A stretch of DNA of 64,000 nucleotides from Gnetum montanum (GCA_015680685.1 MNCI01001065.1:1805612-1869611), one strand, 5' to 3'. Counted from the stretch's first letter, positions 23,228-36,012 are shown. Program-made: numbers and translations. The notes: a model not told the origin generated them from the letters alone.

Positions 23228-26200
23228 CTAAATGTGGTACTGCTTCAAATACATATGATTCACTAGATTTGGAAGTTCGTTGACGTCGATGTCCACTAAC
23301 TTGAATGCTTCATTGCCGTATGTGTCGACGACCAGGAAAGGGCCCTCCCAGCTTGCAGAGAATTTGCTCACCAGTTCACGAACGACCTTAAGAACCAAAT
23401 TTCCTTTCTTGATCAGTCACTGATGCAAGTTGCGATGATGCTTCTATCGTTGCATGTCCTAATATTTTTCGATATTTTCAAGTGTTTGGGTGCATTTCTC
23501 CTCCACTAAGTCTAGATCCACGATCCTAGACTCATTGTGTTGAGTCTCATTTATAACCGTGGAGAGGACCATCCGCAGTGAGGGAACCTATAGTTCAAGG
23601 GGCAACACTGCTTTAGATCCGTAGACTAGGCTGTAGGGTGTCCTACCGGTAGCTATTCTGCATATTGTACGATAGGCCCATAGCACGTAGAGGATTTTTT
23701 CATGTCATCGCTTCTTGTTGCTGCTGAGCATTTTTTTGAGTAAATTGATGACCACCTTATTTGTTGCTTCTGTTTGACCATTCACTTGTGGGTAATAAGA
23801 TAAGAAAAAAGACTGCTTAATACCAAGGGTGTTGCAGAAAGATTTGGTTTCGGTACTACTAAATTGTGGTCCATTGTCAATCACAATAGTCATGGGAAGC
23901 CCAAACCTAGTTACTATGTTGTCCAAGATAAAATGATAAACCTGTTGAGATGTAGTTTTTGTAGGGGAATAGCCTCGACCCACTTCATAAAGTTCTCGGT
24001 AGCGATAATAATGAAGTTATGTCCTGCGAAAGACTTAGGCATGATGGGGCCTATGATGTCTAGTCCCCATCGTTGAAATGGCCAAGTGATCTATGTAGTG
24101 TGCAATTCAGTTGGTGACACATGTATTAGATTTGCATAATGCTGGCATGTGTCACATGTCTTAACCTTAATAAGGCAGTCTCGTTCCATGTACGGCTAGT
24201 AATACCCCAAGCGTCTAATTTTAGCGGCCATGGCTCACGAGGCCATGTGTCCTCCACATAGTCCTTCATGGACTTCGTTAACTATCCTTTGCGCTTGGTC
24301 ATTATTAATGCAGGTTAGCAATAGTCCATCAAAAGAGTGCCTACATAGAGTACTGTCTCCAATGATGATGTATTGCCTGGCATGCTTACAGATTGCGTCT
24401 TTTTGTACAGGTGTTAACTCATGCGATGGTTCACTATGCAAAAGGTAGGCTTTAATGTTGTCATACCATTCTGGCATTCCTTTCGCACTTAAGGAAGAGA
24501 TTTGCACCGCTTGGATGACAGGGTCTATACATTCTATCATTAACGTGGGCAAGGTGGTGAACAGGCGAGGTGACACGTTTAAAGCTAGTGTAGCTAGTGC
24601 ATCAGCTACTGTGTTCTCACTACGTGGCACGTGCCAGATGTCAGTCATTGTGAATTATTTCAAAAGATCTTTAGCCATATGGCAGTAGGGCTACAAATGC
24701 ACAACTTTGCAGGCATAGACTTCTGTAATTTGATTTACAACAAGCATCGAATCACCTCGGATTACCAGGTGTTGGATGTTTAGTTCTCTAGCTACTAGTA
24801 ATACCCTAAGGAGCCCCTCGTATTCTACCACATTGTTTGTACAAGGAAACGCTAGGCGGTAAGCCAATGGGTGAACATCCTCAGGGGAAAGCATAATGAT
24901 GATGATGGCACTGCCGCCTCTGGTAGTCAAAGATCCATCAAAATATAACATCACCTCGAGGCTTGTTGATATAAGGCTTACACTATGTATATGTTCATTA
25001 GGAAATTTAGGCTCTATCGTGGCCTGATCGTTAACAAGTGATGTCACAAGCTAGTCGGCTATCACTTGGCCTTTCGTGGAAGATTGGCCAGTGTAGTGCA
25101 AGTCAAATTTTGCTATGATGGCTTTCCAGTGGGCTATCCTACTACTCTCATATAAATTGTTTATGATGGCTCGCAGAATGTTGTTCTTGCAAATTATGTT
25201 AACCTGGCTACAGAAAAGATAGTGTCTACATTTTTTAAGTGCAGACACCAAGGCCAAAAATTTATGCTCTACTTCATTGTACCTCGTTTTGTATGCAAAT
25301 AGAGAAGGATTTCCAACCTATCGTCCCTCTTTTGACACAACAACGCACCTATGGACACATCGGAACTTGCTAGGTAAATGTAGAAAGGCTGATCCCTTTG
25401 TGGTGGGAAAATCACTGGCAAATGTAGCAGCTCTTTCTTTAGGTTGTCAAATGCACGTTGGCAGTCCTCGGTCCATTCGAAGTTAACCCCCTTCTTGAGA
25501 AAATGTTGTATAAGAAGTAATTTGTCTGTCAACTTTGAGATGAACCTCCGAATAAACTGTAGCCTACCCTGCAACCCACGTAGTTCTTTGAGATTTGTAG
25601 ATGGTGCCAGGTTAACAATGGCCTTAACCTTGTCAAGGTCAACTCGTATGCTAGCCTCCAATACTACAAACCCCAACATGCATCCAGTTTTGACTCCGAA
25701 TACATATTTTTTTGGGTTGAGCCATAGGTTGTGCCTGAGACATCGTTTAAGGATCAACATTAGGTCCTCTGGGTGATCTTCCGACTTCCTAGATTTAACA
25801 ACTATGTCATCTACATAGTCGTTCAATCTTTCTAATAGGTAATCACTAAAGATATATGTCATGGCACGTTGATAAGTTGCTCCAGCATTTTTTAGCCCAA
25901 AGGGCATCATGATATAACAGAAAGTTCCCCAGGGGGTCATGAAAGTTGTAGTTAGTTGATGTTCTGGGTTGATATGGATTTGATTATATCCCGAAAACCT
26001 ATCCATAAAGGATAGTAAAGCATGGCCAGCTGTTGTATCAATAAGTTGGTCGATACCCAATAATGGAAAATTATCTTTAATCGTTGCCTTGTTCAGATTG
26101 CGAAAGTCTATACAGATGCGTATTCCTCCCGTTTTCTTAGAAACAACAACAATGTTTGACACCCAGTCTAAATAATCAACCACATGGATGAAACCAGCTT

Positions 26201-26674
26201 GATATAGCTTGGTGATTTCATCACGCACTGCCAATGTGATTTTAGGCTTAATCTTCCATGCTTTCTGTCTAACCACTTTGATACTCGGGTCTAATACGAT
26301 GTTATGCTATATTAGTTACGGGTCTAAACCCGGCATGTCTTCGTACGACCATGCGAACACCACAATGTTATCTTGGAATTCTTGAGATATGCCTCTCTGC
26401 ATTTGTTGGTCAAGGAGGGAACTAACCTTCAAAGTTTTTTTTCCCCTTTGTACGTAACCACAGAGACCTCAATGAGGAAATCCTCAATCACGTCACCAGC
26501 TTCCAGGTCTAGGGTCCAGGCCAAATGTTCTAGCTAGTCTGGGGATATTTCCAAGGCTGCTATGGTTATGTCACAGGAGAGGACGTTGGTTCCTATCATT
26601 GCAAGATTATTTTGTCTAAAAGTTTCCCCATATGGGCCTATTAGGACTAGGGTTACAAGTAAAGCTTTGTCCAT
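23228..26674 (-). pseudogene. pol: pol of element B: RT, RH, archaeal-type RNase H, integrase (with stops and frameshifts)
   Basis: RT MPFGLKNAGATYQRAM...YVDD; aRH LYFDGS...TNNVVEYEGLL; INT HEGLCGGH and IDNGPQF. The order RT-RH-aRH-INT is that of Tat elements. Confidence 0.95.
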
Positions 26675-27221
26675 TTGTGAACTAACTTGCAAAACTGCCA
26701 AGAATGAAAGTTGTTACATTGTTTTTGTCACCATGATGAAATGATAGAAGGCTTTAGAGGTACGTGTCCAAAAATGTTGCCAGTTTAAGGTCTTAGCAAA
26801 TTGTCATAATATACATAATTTGTAAGAAAATAGCGAGTCAGGTAAGGTTTCTCCAGACTATGATGAAAGGTATAACGTGGCGTGTCTAGCATGGCAAACA
26901 GCTAATTTAGGATTTTGTGCAGACTGTAGTTAATGCGACTGTAGATAAGCTATGCATTAGTTTAGGATCTTTTTGAACCGTCATCAATGCGATATCTACG
27001 AGATTAATGGTGCGATCTTTATGCTTCATGTCGAACTGACATGTCTACGTTTTGGGAAATTTCCGTGTTGATCGAACATGAAAATAGCAAGTTTTCACCA
27101 TCACGTTTATAAGTAGATGGTTCGTCCTCAAAGTAAATTGTAAACATCGCGAGGTTGAGTTAGGATAAAGCATAGAGAAAGTGTAAGTAGATGATTTTGT
27201 TAAGGTTATTCAGGCGTAACT

Positions 27222-30200
27222 ATGGCACCGAAGACCAAATGCAAGAATGCCAAGTTGACAAGGATTGATGAAGTACAGGAAAGCTTGGGGCAAATTTCGA
27301 AGGTGCGAGTTGAAACTCAAGAGGCTACTCCACTCGCCCAGTAAGTTGTTCTTCACCTTCTTTGTTGGGTTATTTTCCCTATTATGATGTCGTAATTTGT
27401 ATTTGTTTCAAATATGTTCTCTATACTAGTTATTAATACCTGCTTGTGATAAATACGCTACTATGGTTTGTAATATTACTCTGGTCCCCATTGTCAGAGA
27501 CAGACCTTGCATCGACGTAAGGGTTTGGACAATCTTGAGTAATATTGCATAAACACCATACGTAATTGGTCAGGAGTCTAGGTGTTGTACCTTTGTATAA
27601 TGCAAACAAGGTTTCGTTGCCTTGCCCGCGATGGTTTTGTGTTACACTAGGGCAATATGCGGTGCTACCTTTATCACCATTGTCAAAGATAGACCTTGCA
27701 CCATCGCAAGGGTTTGGGTGATTTCGGTAATGCATTTCTAACATAACCTACAATTTTTTGGGAGTCAAGGTAACGAGAACTTCAATTGTTGCGACATTGT
27801 TGATATGTCTATACTGCTTTTCTAATGGTAGTACGTTTTATTGTAAAGGATCACACGAAGGCCAATCCTAATCGTTTTGGACATTGTGGGCTTTTTGTGT
27901 TATTTAAATGTCCCCGTGGCCAATGTTCCTCCTCCCCATGCTCATGTGGGGGAAGAGGCAGTTTGGTTCCGAATGGGTGCACGAGAGTTTCTGTAGTTTT
28001 TATTGCGTAATTTTAGCGTGATTATTTGGTTGCATCTGTCGACCAAAATGGCTGGTGCCATTCTGGAAACATTGTTGGTTGGATCATCGCAGAGTATCTT
28101 AACATTCCTGGTGGATGGGTCAGTCGAGGTCGTAGGTGGGAGGGATCGTGAACAAAGCATCAAGGGTTTGAGATGCTTATCTTGGATCCGGGAAATGCCC
28201 AGGTTTAACTATTATCACACCTACAACATGCTATTCGTGGCTCGTCATCTCATGACCTATTTTCAGAACCCACTTGGCCTCGTGTACTATGCTGGCAGGT
28301 AAGTGCTTTCAAGATTTTATGATGTGCTAACTGTTGTCTATTTTTTTTTTTTGCGTTGGGTATGAGCAATTGTCTATATTCTGTGGCATAGGTTTTTTAT
28401 CAATGTAGATGGTCTCCAAGGTGATACGGACATGTTGTCTATGGCCGAAACAGCCATAAAGGAATTCACTTCCATTGGCAATGTGTGCGCTGGTGTCTTG
28501 GGACAACTGGGATTTGAAATCCAACACTACCCTATCCGATACGCCAAATTCTTCGCCAAGTGTAGAGACTTTGGATGGCTAGATAAGGAGTGGACTTTGG
28601 ATCATCCTATCACCGTTGACAACGTGCAAGAGAGCATTCCACCATTTCCCTTGCCCTTTGGACACGGTAAGTTGTGCTACGGTGATCAACTATGTGACCC
28701 TACGGAATGAGAACATTATACAAGATTTTATTATTTTTGTTGTTTTCTCTAACCTTTTGTTTTATATTTATAGTTAAGGAATCGCAGGAGGTTACGGTGG
28801 TTGCTTTTGGGCGTGAGACGACCAGTATCTTCTTCCGTTATGGTGATATAACAGAAGCACAATGCTGGCTTTGCCATGGAGTGGCCCCAGCTGCCATGAC
28901 CAATAACCTCCGGGAAGCTGGACTGATGGAGCTATTTCTAGCTGTAACCCCCAATGTCACAGTGGCCGAAATGTTGGCCCTAGTCAAATCCTTCAGTGAA
29001 GAAGACGAGCATCTTCACACGCGCATGCGTAATGTGTGCATGAGTTTTGATATTAACGCTCAACTGGTTGCTGATTTTTTTGGCATCTCCTCTGATGGTC
29101 TTCTGGTGGAAGAAAGATCAAAGAGAGGTTCTAAGCATCAGAAGGACATAGAGGAGTGGCTAGGGGTTAAGAAAGAACCAAAAGGCATCTTGGTTGATAA
29201 AATCAAGCTAGAGGTGGCCAATACCATTTATCCCCTCTTCCGAACTCGCGCTTTCCCTAAACTACTCTCCCAAGGAAGGATCCTTGGCATAGAGCAGGCT
29301 TGGATTATGTGGGAGGTTATGGAGGAGGGGACATGGTATAATTGGGCCAAAAACCTTGCTGAAGGCCTGCAGGGTGAAATAAATAAGCTTCACAAGAAGC
29401 TTGACGCTCATTTTAACGTGCATTTTGCCTTCTTCATAGCTTTTTTATAGCATTTTTCCGAATTCCTGGTGGTTCACAGGGATGGAGTCTAGCTGCAGCA
29501 AGATCGTGACCAGATTTCCAAACCATGGATTTCCCAAGTCTTCTGCATCATCTGAACCCAAGATCCTCCTAAAGGTATCAAGGAGTCGCTTTCACTAACA
29601 ACTAAGGATCAGGTAGCACCTCCTATCCGAGGCCAAGATAGCGTGGATGGGGTGCCCCCTTCTTACACCGACAGTATGTCAAGGGAAAAGCACCTAGCAA
29701 CAAAAATAGTAGCTTCATCAGTTCAACGGAAAAAGCATCATCCAACTGTGGATTCTCCTAGTCTGACTGATGAAGAGGGAAGGAAACTATGAATTAAGTT
29801 TCATAGGAACCATCCCCCCGATTGGTAAGTAGAAGAATGCATAATTAATTTATGTATGTTACGCTACGTATAGACATCGTTGCATCACATAGCACTTGTG
29901 AAAAATAAGTAAGGTTTTTTTATTGTTAACTGTGATGTGTTTAGTAGGAAAAGGGAAAGATGTAGAGGGACTGACCCCTGAAACAAGGGCCATAGTCTTG
30001 CGGCATGGGGAAGGGGCCCTAATTTTGGAGAACAAGGCCCCTATTAACATCGTAGGCAGCACACAGGCTCCTGTGCCCAAAGAGGAGATGGGCATAGAGG
30101 ACGTCGAGGTTCTTTTGGATGAGCTCGGAAAGGAGGAGTGGTTCGTCACTGGTGAGTTTTCTCAAGGGCAATCGTCCCACTATTACTCCTAGGGGTTTGT

Positions 30201-31615
30201 TGAATTATAGCTTTGTGTTATTGTAACGTCTTAATTGCTTTTGTCTACTATGCTATGTTTAACTCATTTTGTTTGCGTAGTAGGCACTTCTGATAATAAT
30301 GGCATACCTTTGTCAATAGCCCCAACTCAACACTAGGGTGAGGCTCCTGACAAATTCGGCTTTATGGAATGCATTGTGAACGATATGATCGGTCGCTTAG
30401 AGCGAATCGATCTTGAGATTGGTACCTCACCATTGTTACACAGGAATCATTGAAATTGCGACATTACGTTATTCCATTGCATCTAATTGTTGTTTTTTTA
30501 TGTTACAGGATCTCATCTCAAATGGGATCCCAAAGATCCCATTGACATAGACACTACCCCTGAACCCTCACCGGAGGTGATTGAAGTGCCATGCGGCCTT
30601 TACGATGAGATGCGTAAATGTGCATTACGCTAGGCTCTTTCTCTATGGGAGTGTCAAAATGTCAACGAAGATCTTTGGAAGAGGTTGCAGAAAGAAAAAA
30701 AAGAGAAAACTACCCTAACTGCTAGGGCTAAGGATCTTGATTTGTGGAACGAATTTCTACAAGCTCGAGAGGCTAATGATGAGAATTGGTGAACAACTGT
30801 TGTTGACTATGCTCGTTATTGGATGGTCGTCAGGAACAACGTCCAAGCTAGCCATGAGCTCATCGAGCAAAAAATGAAAATGGATCTCCTAGCCTAGAAG
30901 AACCAAGACTGGAAGGATTTCAGCGCGAGGGTCCAAGAATGGGGGCAAGTATAGAAAGACCATAAGCACATGTACAAACGAGAATGTGCTGCCTACCACC
31001 AACATTACAGCGATTCTGCAGTTGAAGCACGGTCCCTCCGACTGTTCCTCAATGTCATCGGTGCTTCTAGAGTGTATGAAAAATTTTAGGAGCAAGTGAC
31101 AGTGAGTGCCTCCCCTGAGAGAGAGATAACTCTCCCTAGCGAGAAGACTATTGTCCCTTCTTTCTTTCCTAAATTGCCCTAGTGGACTCCTGTGGAAAAA
31201 GGGAAAGTGAAGACTAGAACTGATCTAGGAGATGGCTTTTGGGCTAAGCTCACTGAGGATGAGATCATGCGACACCTATTAGTTGGCCTAGAACAAATTC
31301 CTTTCGCAACCGATGCAGGACCATCATAGGTAAGCTATGTTACGGTTGAATTATTCTTATGCATGATTTTGATGGCAACACTAACGTTTGTTTCATGTCA
31401 AATTGTAGGATCGACATGAAGAGGGTCCCCATGAGGACAAGCCTCATAGAGATAATCATCTTCACGAAGAGGATTCCCATGAGGAGGGGTCCCATAGAGA
31501 GGATCGCTCCCATGAATAGACACCATGCTAAGAAGGTCCTTATGAGGATGATCCTCATGAGGCTGAGATGGAGTTAAATGGCATAGATAAAAGTGGTAAT
31601 AAAGGGGATGTGTAG
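27222..31615 (+). pseudogene. Antisense 8-exon accessory gene of element B, about 1,090 codons, disrupted by stops and at least one frameshift
   Basis: Inferred exons: 27222-27340, 27849-28298, 28392-28666, 28774-29824, 29948-30151, 30284-30421, 30509-31329, 31409-31615. Donors are GTAAGT (x4), GTGAGT, GTACCT and GTAAGC. Phases join in frame except for one extra C near 29819. Confidence 0.87.
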
Positions 31616-31999
31616 CGTGGTGATATTGGGCAAGCATTTTGTTGTAATAAAAAGAGATAAAGCATAACTTTTTTTTATCAAAGTGATTGTAAAATAATTT
31701 TTTTTTAATTTTATTTTATGAAGGAAAGTGTATCGTCAGAGAGGTTACACATTTTAGGCCACTACGGGCCATTGATAGTTTAAGGCCATTTCGGGCCAGG
31801 CCATCGTATGCGTAAAAGAATAAATAGAATTGCTAGTTTTAGGCCATAGCAGGCCGTAACTAGTTTAAGGTCATTTCGGGCCATGATGTGAATAAAAAAA
31901 CGTAACGAGAACAATGCGACAAGAAAGAGCGTAAATTGCATAATAGTAAACAATGCTGACTGATATAACATGTTGCGCTAATTTGTTCATTTCCCAGCT

Positions 32000-34900
32000 T
32001 CATAGCTGCTTCTTGATCATTTTTAGGTTTGGCAACGCGTATGGACAAGGAGGCTTATTATAGCGTTCCTCTACGCTACCATCTTCTTCCTGGAAGGGTA
32101 GTTCAACCCAAATCAAGCTTTCGTTGACCACTGTGCTGGCCTGTTCAACCATTAGCCAGGGATTTCATCTTCGGGGATTTCAATCTCCGAACCCTGTTCC
32201 ATTTCCACGTTGTTAACTGCTTGAGGGGTCATTTTATCACCATGGATGATCACTTCCCCTCCTACATAGGGCAAGTGGATATCTTGATGAATGGGTGATG
32301 AAACTACCCTTAATTAATCCAACCAATACCTCCCTAAGATTAGGTTAAAGCTGGGCATCTCCTCGATAACGATAAACACTGCGTTTGTGGGAAATTGATC
32401 CCCTGCTACAAAGTTGATGTGCACCGTTCCCTTAACTTGCACTCATGCCCCATTAAATGACTTCAAACATGACATTGTTGTGAGATTGATCTAGTCGATC
32501 AAACCTAGTTTGTCCACTATGGGGAATGGAATGACATTGGCAGCAACTCCGTCATCTATGTGTACTCTCCGGATCCTATACTGGCTGACCTGGATAGTGA
32601 TCAACATGGGCATTTGTGTCACCTGACCCTTTTCTGGGTCATCCTTAATGGATTTTTCATGAAATGTCAATTGGGAAGGTCGTGGTTGTTCAGCAGCGGG
32701 GGGAAGCATAATCAAATGGATTGCTTCTTCTTCCGCTGGCAAGCTCTTGTCCATAGGTATGGATGCTAACATGCGAACCATGGCTTCATGATGCTTCTAC
32801 GATGTCATCAGCAAGTCATAGAGGCTCAGCATTGTATTTTTCTTTTTAAGAGCCTACTTAACTTGCATAAAAGCATCAAAGAGATCATGCCCACGATCTA
32901 GTTATTTGCTACCCTTTTCTTCTTCCATTTGTCCAAGGAGATGGATCTCTCGGGGAGGCATGGTTTTTGGTTGAGGGTTGCATTTTCTTGGGTAGGGAGA
33001 AGATGGTCACATTTGCATAATGTCATCTTTTTTATAGGAAGGTGGGCCAAGGGCATCGAGGCAAGGGGTGTAGGCTTAGGAAATCCCAACGTAAGGCGGT
33101 CCTTAGTTGTGTTATTTGTCATACGCCCTTCTCCTTTCCTGGTAGGTTGTGACTGGGACGTTGACTTAAAGATTTTTCCCTGCATAGCAAGAGCAACTAA
33201 CATCTTTAGCATCCTAATGAAAAAGGATGCCCTAGGTGTGGGTGCAGGCTGGGCCGTAGCTTTACCGACAATGGGTTGCGAAACAAAAGTTCGAGACGAA
33301 ACTAGGAGGACAAAAGGTTGTTGCTGAGTCGCACCTGTTAATGTTGATGGGCTTTTCATCCAAGGTGGGTGAGGAGGCACACGTAACACAAAGGGTTGCT
33401 TTGGCTATGCCTAGCCATCGACTTCCGTACCCACTACATTGATAGAGTACCCTGCGTTATTTGCGTTTAACAAGTCTTGGTACACATGCATGGACTGATT
33501 TTCTAGACGGAGTGGACTACTGCTGTCTAGGATCAATTTACCTTGGTCGATCATGCGTTGAATGTCATCCTTCAACACCCAACAGTAATCCATGTCATGA
33601 CCACAAAGTTGCTGGTAGTCACAAAAATGATCCAGCCTGAAATTCTTGGGGACTGGCAGTTCGTTAGGCAGGGCCAAGGAGCAGTTCTTAAGCAGATCAC
33701 AATGCCTTCTGTGGTGCTTCAGAGCCTCTTTGGACACCATCTTGTGTTGGATGTGGCCAGTTCCCAGTAGTTGCTTTAGAAGTTCTAAAGGCTTTACAAG
33801 TAGAGCCGTGTATTTTGAGTGATCTTTCTGCTCAAAATTAGGCTTCGACTGTGGAGGTGCCTCAGGGGTGGGTGCTGTTTCCTAATCGATGCTATTTGAG
33901 CTAGTTGTGGCCTCAACAAGCACTGTAGGTGCTTTCTTGTTGTTATTTTTCTTTTTAGCCCCTTTGGCCACAGTTGCTACTATTTTTGTTACCGCTTTGG
34001 CCTTGTCTTTGCTCTTGTTGTGGGCATTTTTGTAGACCACATACGCTGGGTCCTTGCTAGCCTCTGTTGCATCTTGAATGCTCTTAGTCTAAGCGAAGGC
34101 TTGGCTAAGGGAGCAAGGAGTAAGGTAATATAGCTTAGACTTAATAAAGTCATTAACTGCCACCTTCAAGATTGCCAACAGATGGGCCTCCGCGATGGGT
34201 TCAAGGATTTCATTCAAGGTGGCGCTCCATCGCTGTATGAACTTTTGAACTGGCTCAAGTGGGTCTTGTTCAACTCCCATTAGTTGGTCCAACATGACTT
34301 CTAGTTTCAGATTGTATTTGAAACAAGTCATGAACTAAGTCAGCAGCTCTTCCAAGGTCGAGATGGAAGAGCGTGGAAGTGCACGATACCAATCTAAAGC
34401 TTTGCCCATTAGGGACATAGCAAAGACACAAATGATGGTATGTGGCCATTATTGTAGCAACAACGACTTTGACCTAAAGGTAACTAGATGAGCGTTGGGA
34501 TCGCCTTCCCCACTATATTTTGTAAAATGAGGAAGTGGCATCCCAAGTGGTAACAACAAGATGGGTACTGTCAAGCTAATAGGATCGTCATGGTAGAAAT
34601 CCATGACCTGTATTGTATCAGATCCGACAACCTTGAGGCGTTTAACCTCCTCAGTAAGGGTTTGAATAAGCTAGAAGGCCTGGTCTAGACCCGTGGGCAG
34701 AGAGGTTGGTTGTGGAATAGCAAGGGGAGCCATGATGGATGGCGAGATAGGGGCAGCAGCATGGCCCGTGAGCGATGCATTCGGAACTATCCCTACTGGA
34801 GGTACTGCCTATGTCATCCACCACCAAACAAGTGGTGCAAGCAGGGCAACTATCTTTGATTGTACCATAGGAAATGCTGTTTGCGTAGTCGACGGCATAG

Positions 34901-35760
34901 GCCATGACCTTGTAGTTGGATTTACTGCCTGCTAGATCTAGTGTTGATGATGAGTGAGATGGAACATCTGCGTAGGCAGTGCAACAGGGGGTGATGTATT
35001 TGGAGCCCACCGCGCGGTAGTGGTATGTCCTATCATGTAAGCTGGGATGAATGCAGGAGCTATGTATAATTGTGAAGTAGGCACTGTGTGCACATTTGGT
35101 GACGTAGGCACAGGTATGCAATGAGATGGATTGGCTAACTGTGGCTGTGGAGGAATGGTTTGTGAAGGAATACCACCGAGGAGGGTAGCCGGAGAGAAGA
35201 AATGCTGACGGGATGCATGCGCCACACGGCCGGCAATAGTCAATGATAATGACGTAGTGACCATAAAAAATGGGTTTACACAGGACGCTGTGGAGGGAGG
35301 AGCCATGACAAAGCTAGTATGACTGCCTCCCTTGGAGTGGGAATTTAGGTCCTCATGCCCATCGTGGGATGCTTCATCACGGAACAACTCGTCTCATTGT
35401 TCTGCTGATGCCCTGGCCATTAGCAATTGGTCCAGCATCCACTGTTGCTGGTCTGTTAGGGGTATGGAAACATTATGTGAGGGAATGAATTCCTTCCCGT
35501 TATAGTAGATGAACTCATATTCGCGTTTCATCTCGAGTTCCTGTGGGTACATAGGTAGATTCACCATCAGCTTGGCATAGAGGAAGTTATAGTGTTTAGT
35601 GCACTGAGCGTGTCCCTCAGGCTCTTTATTTTGAATTTTGAGAGATCAACGTGGCCGCACTAGACTAGTCAGTGACTCAACAATAGCAGGCATAGCCTGC
35701 ACTGTCTAGGGGTTTTCAAGGTTAGCAGTGGTAATGGCGGTGGTTGGTACAACCATTCTT
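32000..35760 (-). pseudogene. gag: gag plus protease of element B (degenerate)
   Basis: Homologous to 7834-11672: LDQLMGVEQDPLEPVQKFIQRW, FCDYQQLCGHDMDYC, VHIDDGVAANVIP. Confidence 0.9.
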
Positions 35761-35977
35761 TATGCAACTAGAAAGTAATGATAACAGGGCTGAAGATCAC
35801 AAAGGCAAAGGTAGATCGAAGGCAAATGTGGGCTTTCTATCCTATTGGATTCCAAAGGAATCATCAGAGTGACCAATCTGTACCACACAATCACGTAAAA
35901 AACCATGGAGGTATTACGTTTATGTCAGTCGACAATGGGTATAAACAGCTTACAATACTACCCATGAAAATGCAAAT

Positions 35978-36006
35978 TGGAGGTTCAGGCCCTCCTTCTA
36001 GCACCA
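35978..36006 (-). promoter_or_regulatory. PBS of element B, tRNA-Asn type
   Basis: Minus strand TGGTGCTAGAAGGAGGGCCTGAACCTCC, identical to element A over 28 nt. Confidence 0.8.
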
Positions 36007-36012
36007 GAAAAC

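Noticed and set aside
35978-36006. tRNA-like sequence ending in CCA on the plus strand
   Set aside because: It is only the 3' third of a tRNA and is the PBS of element B.
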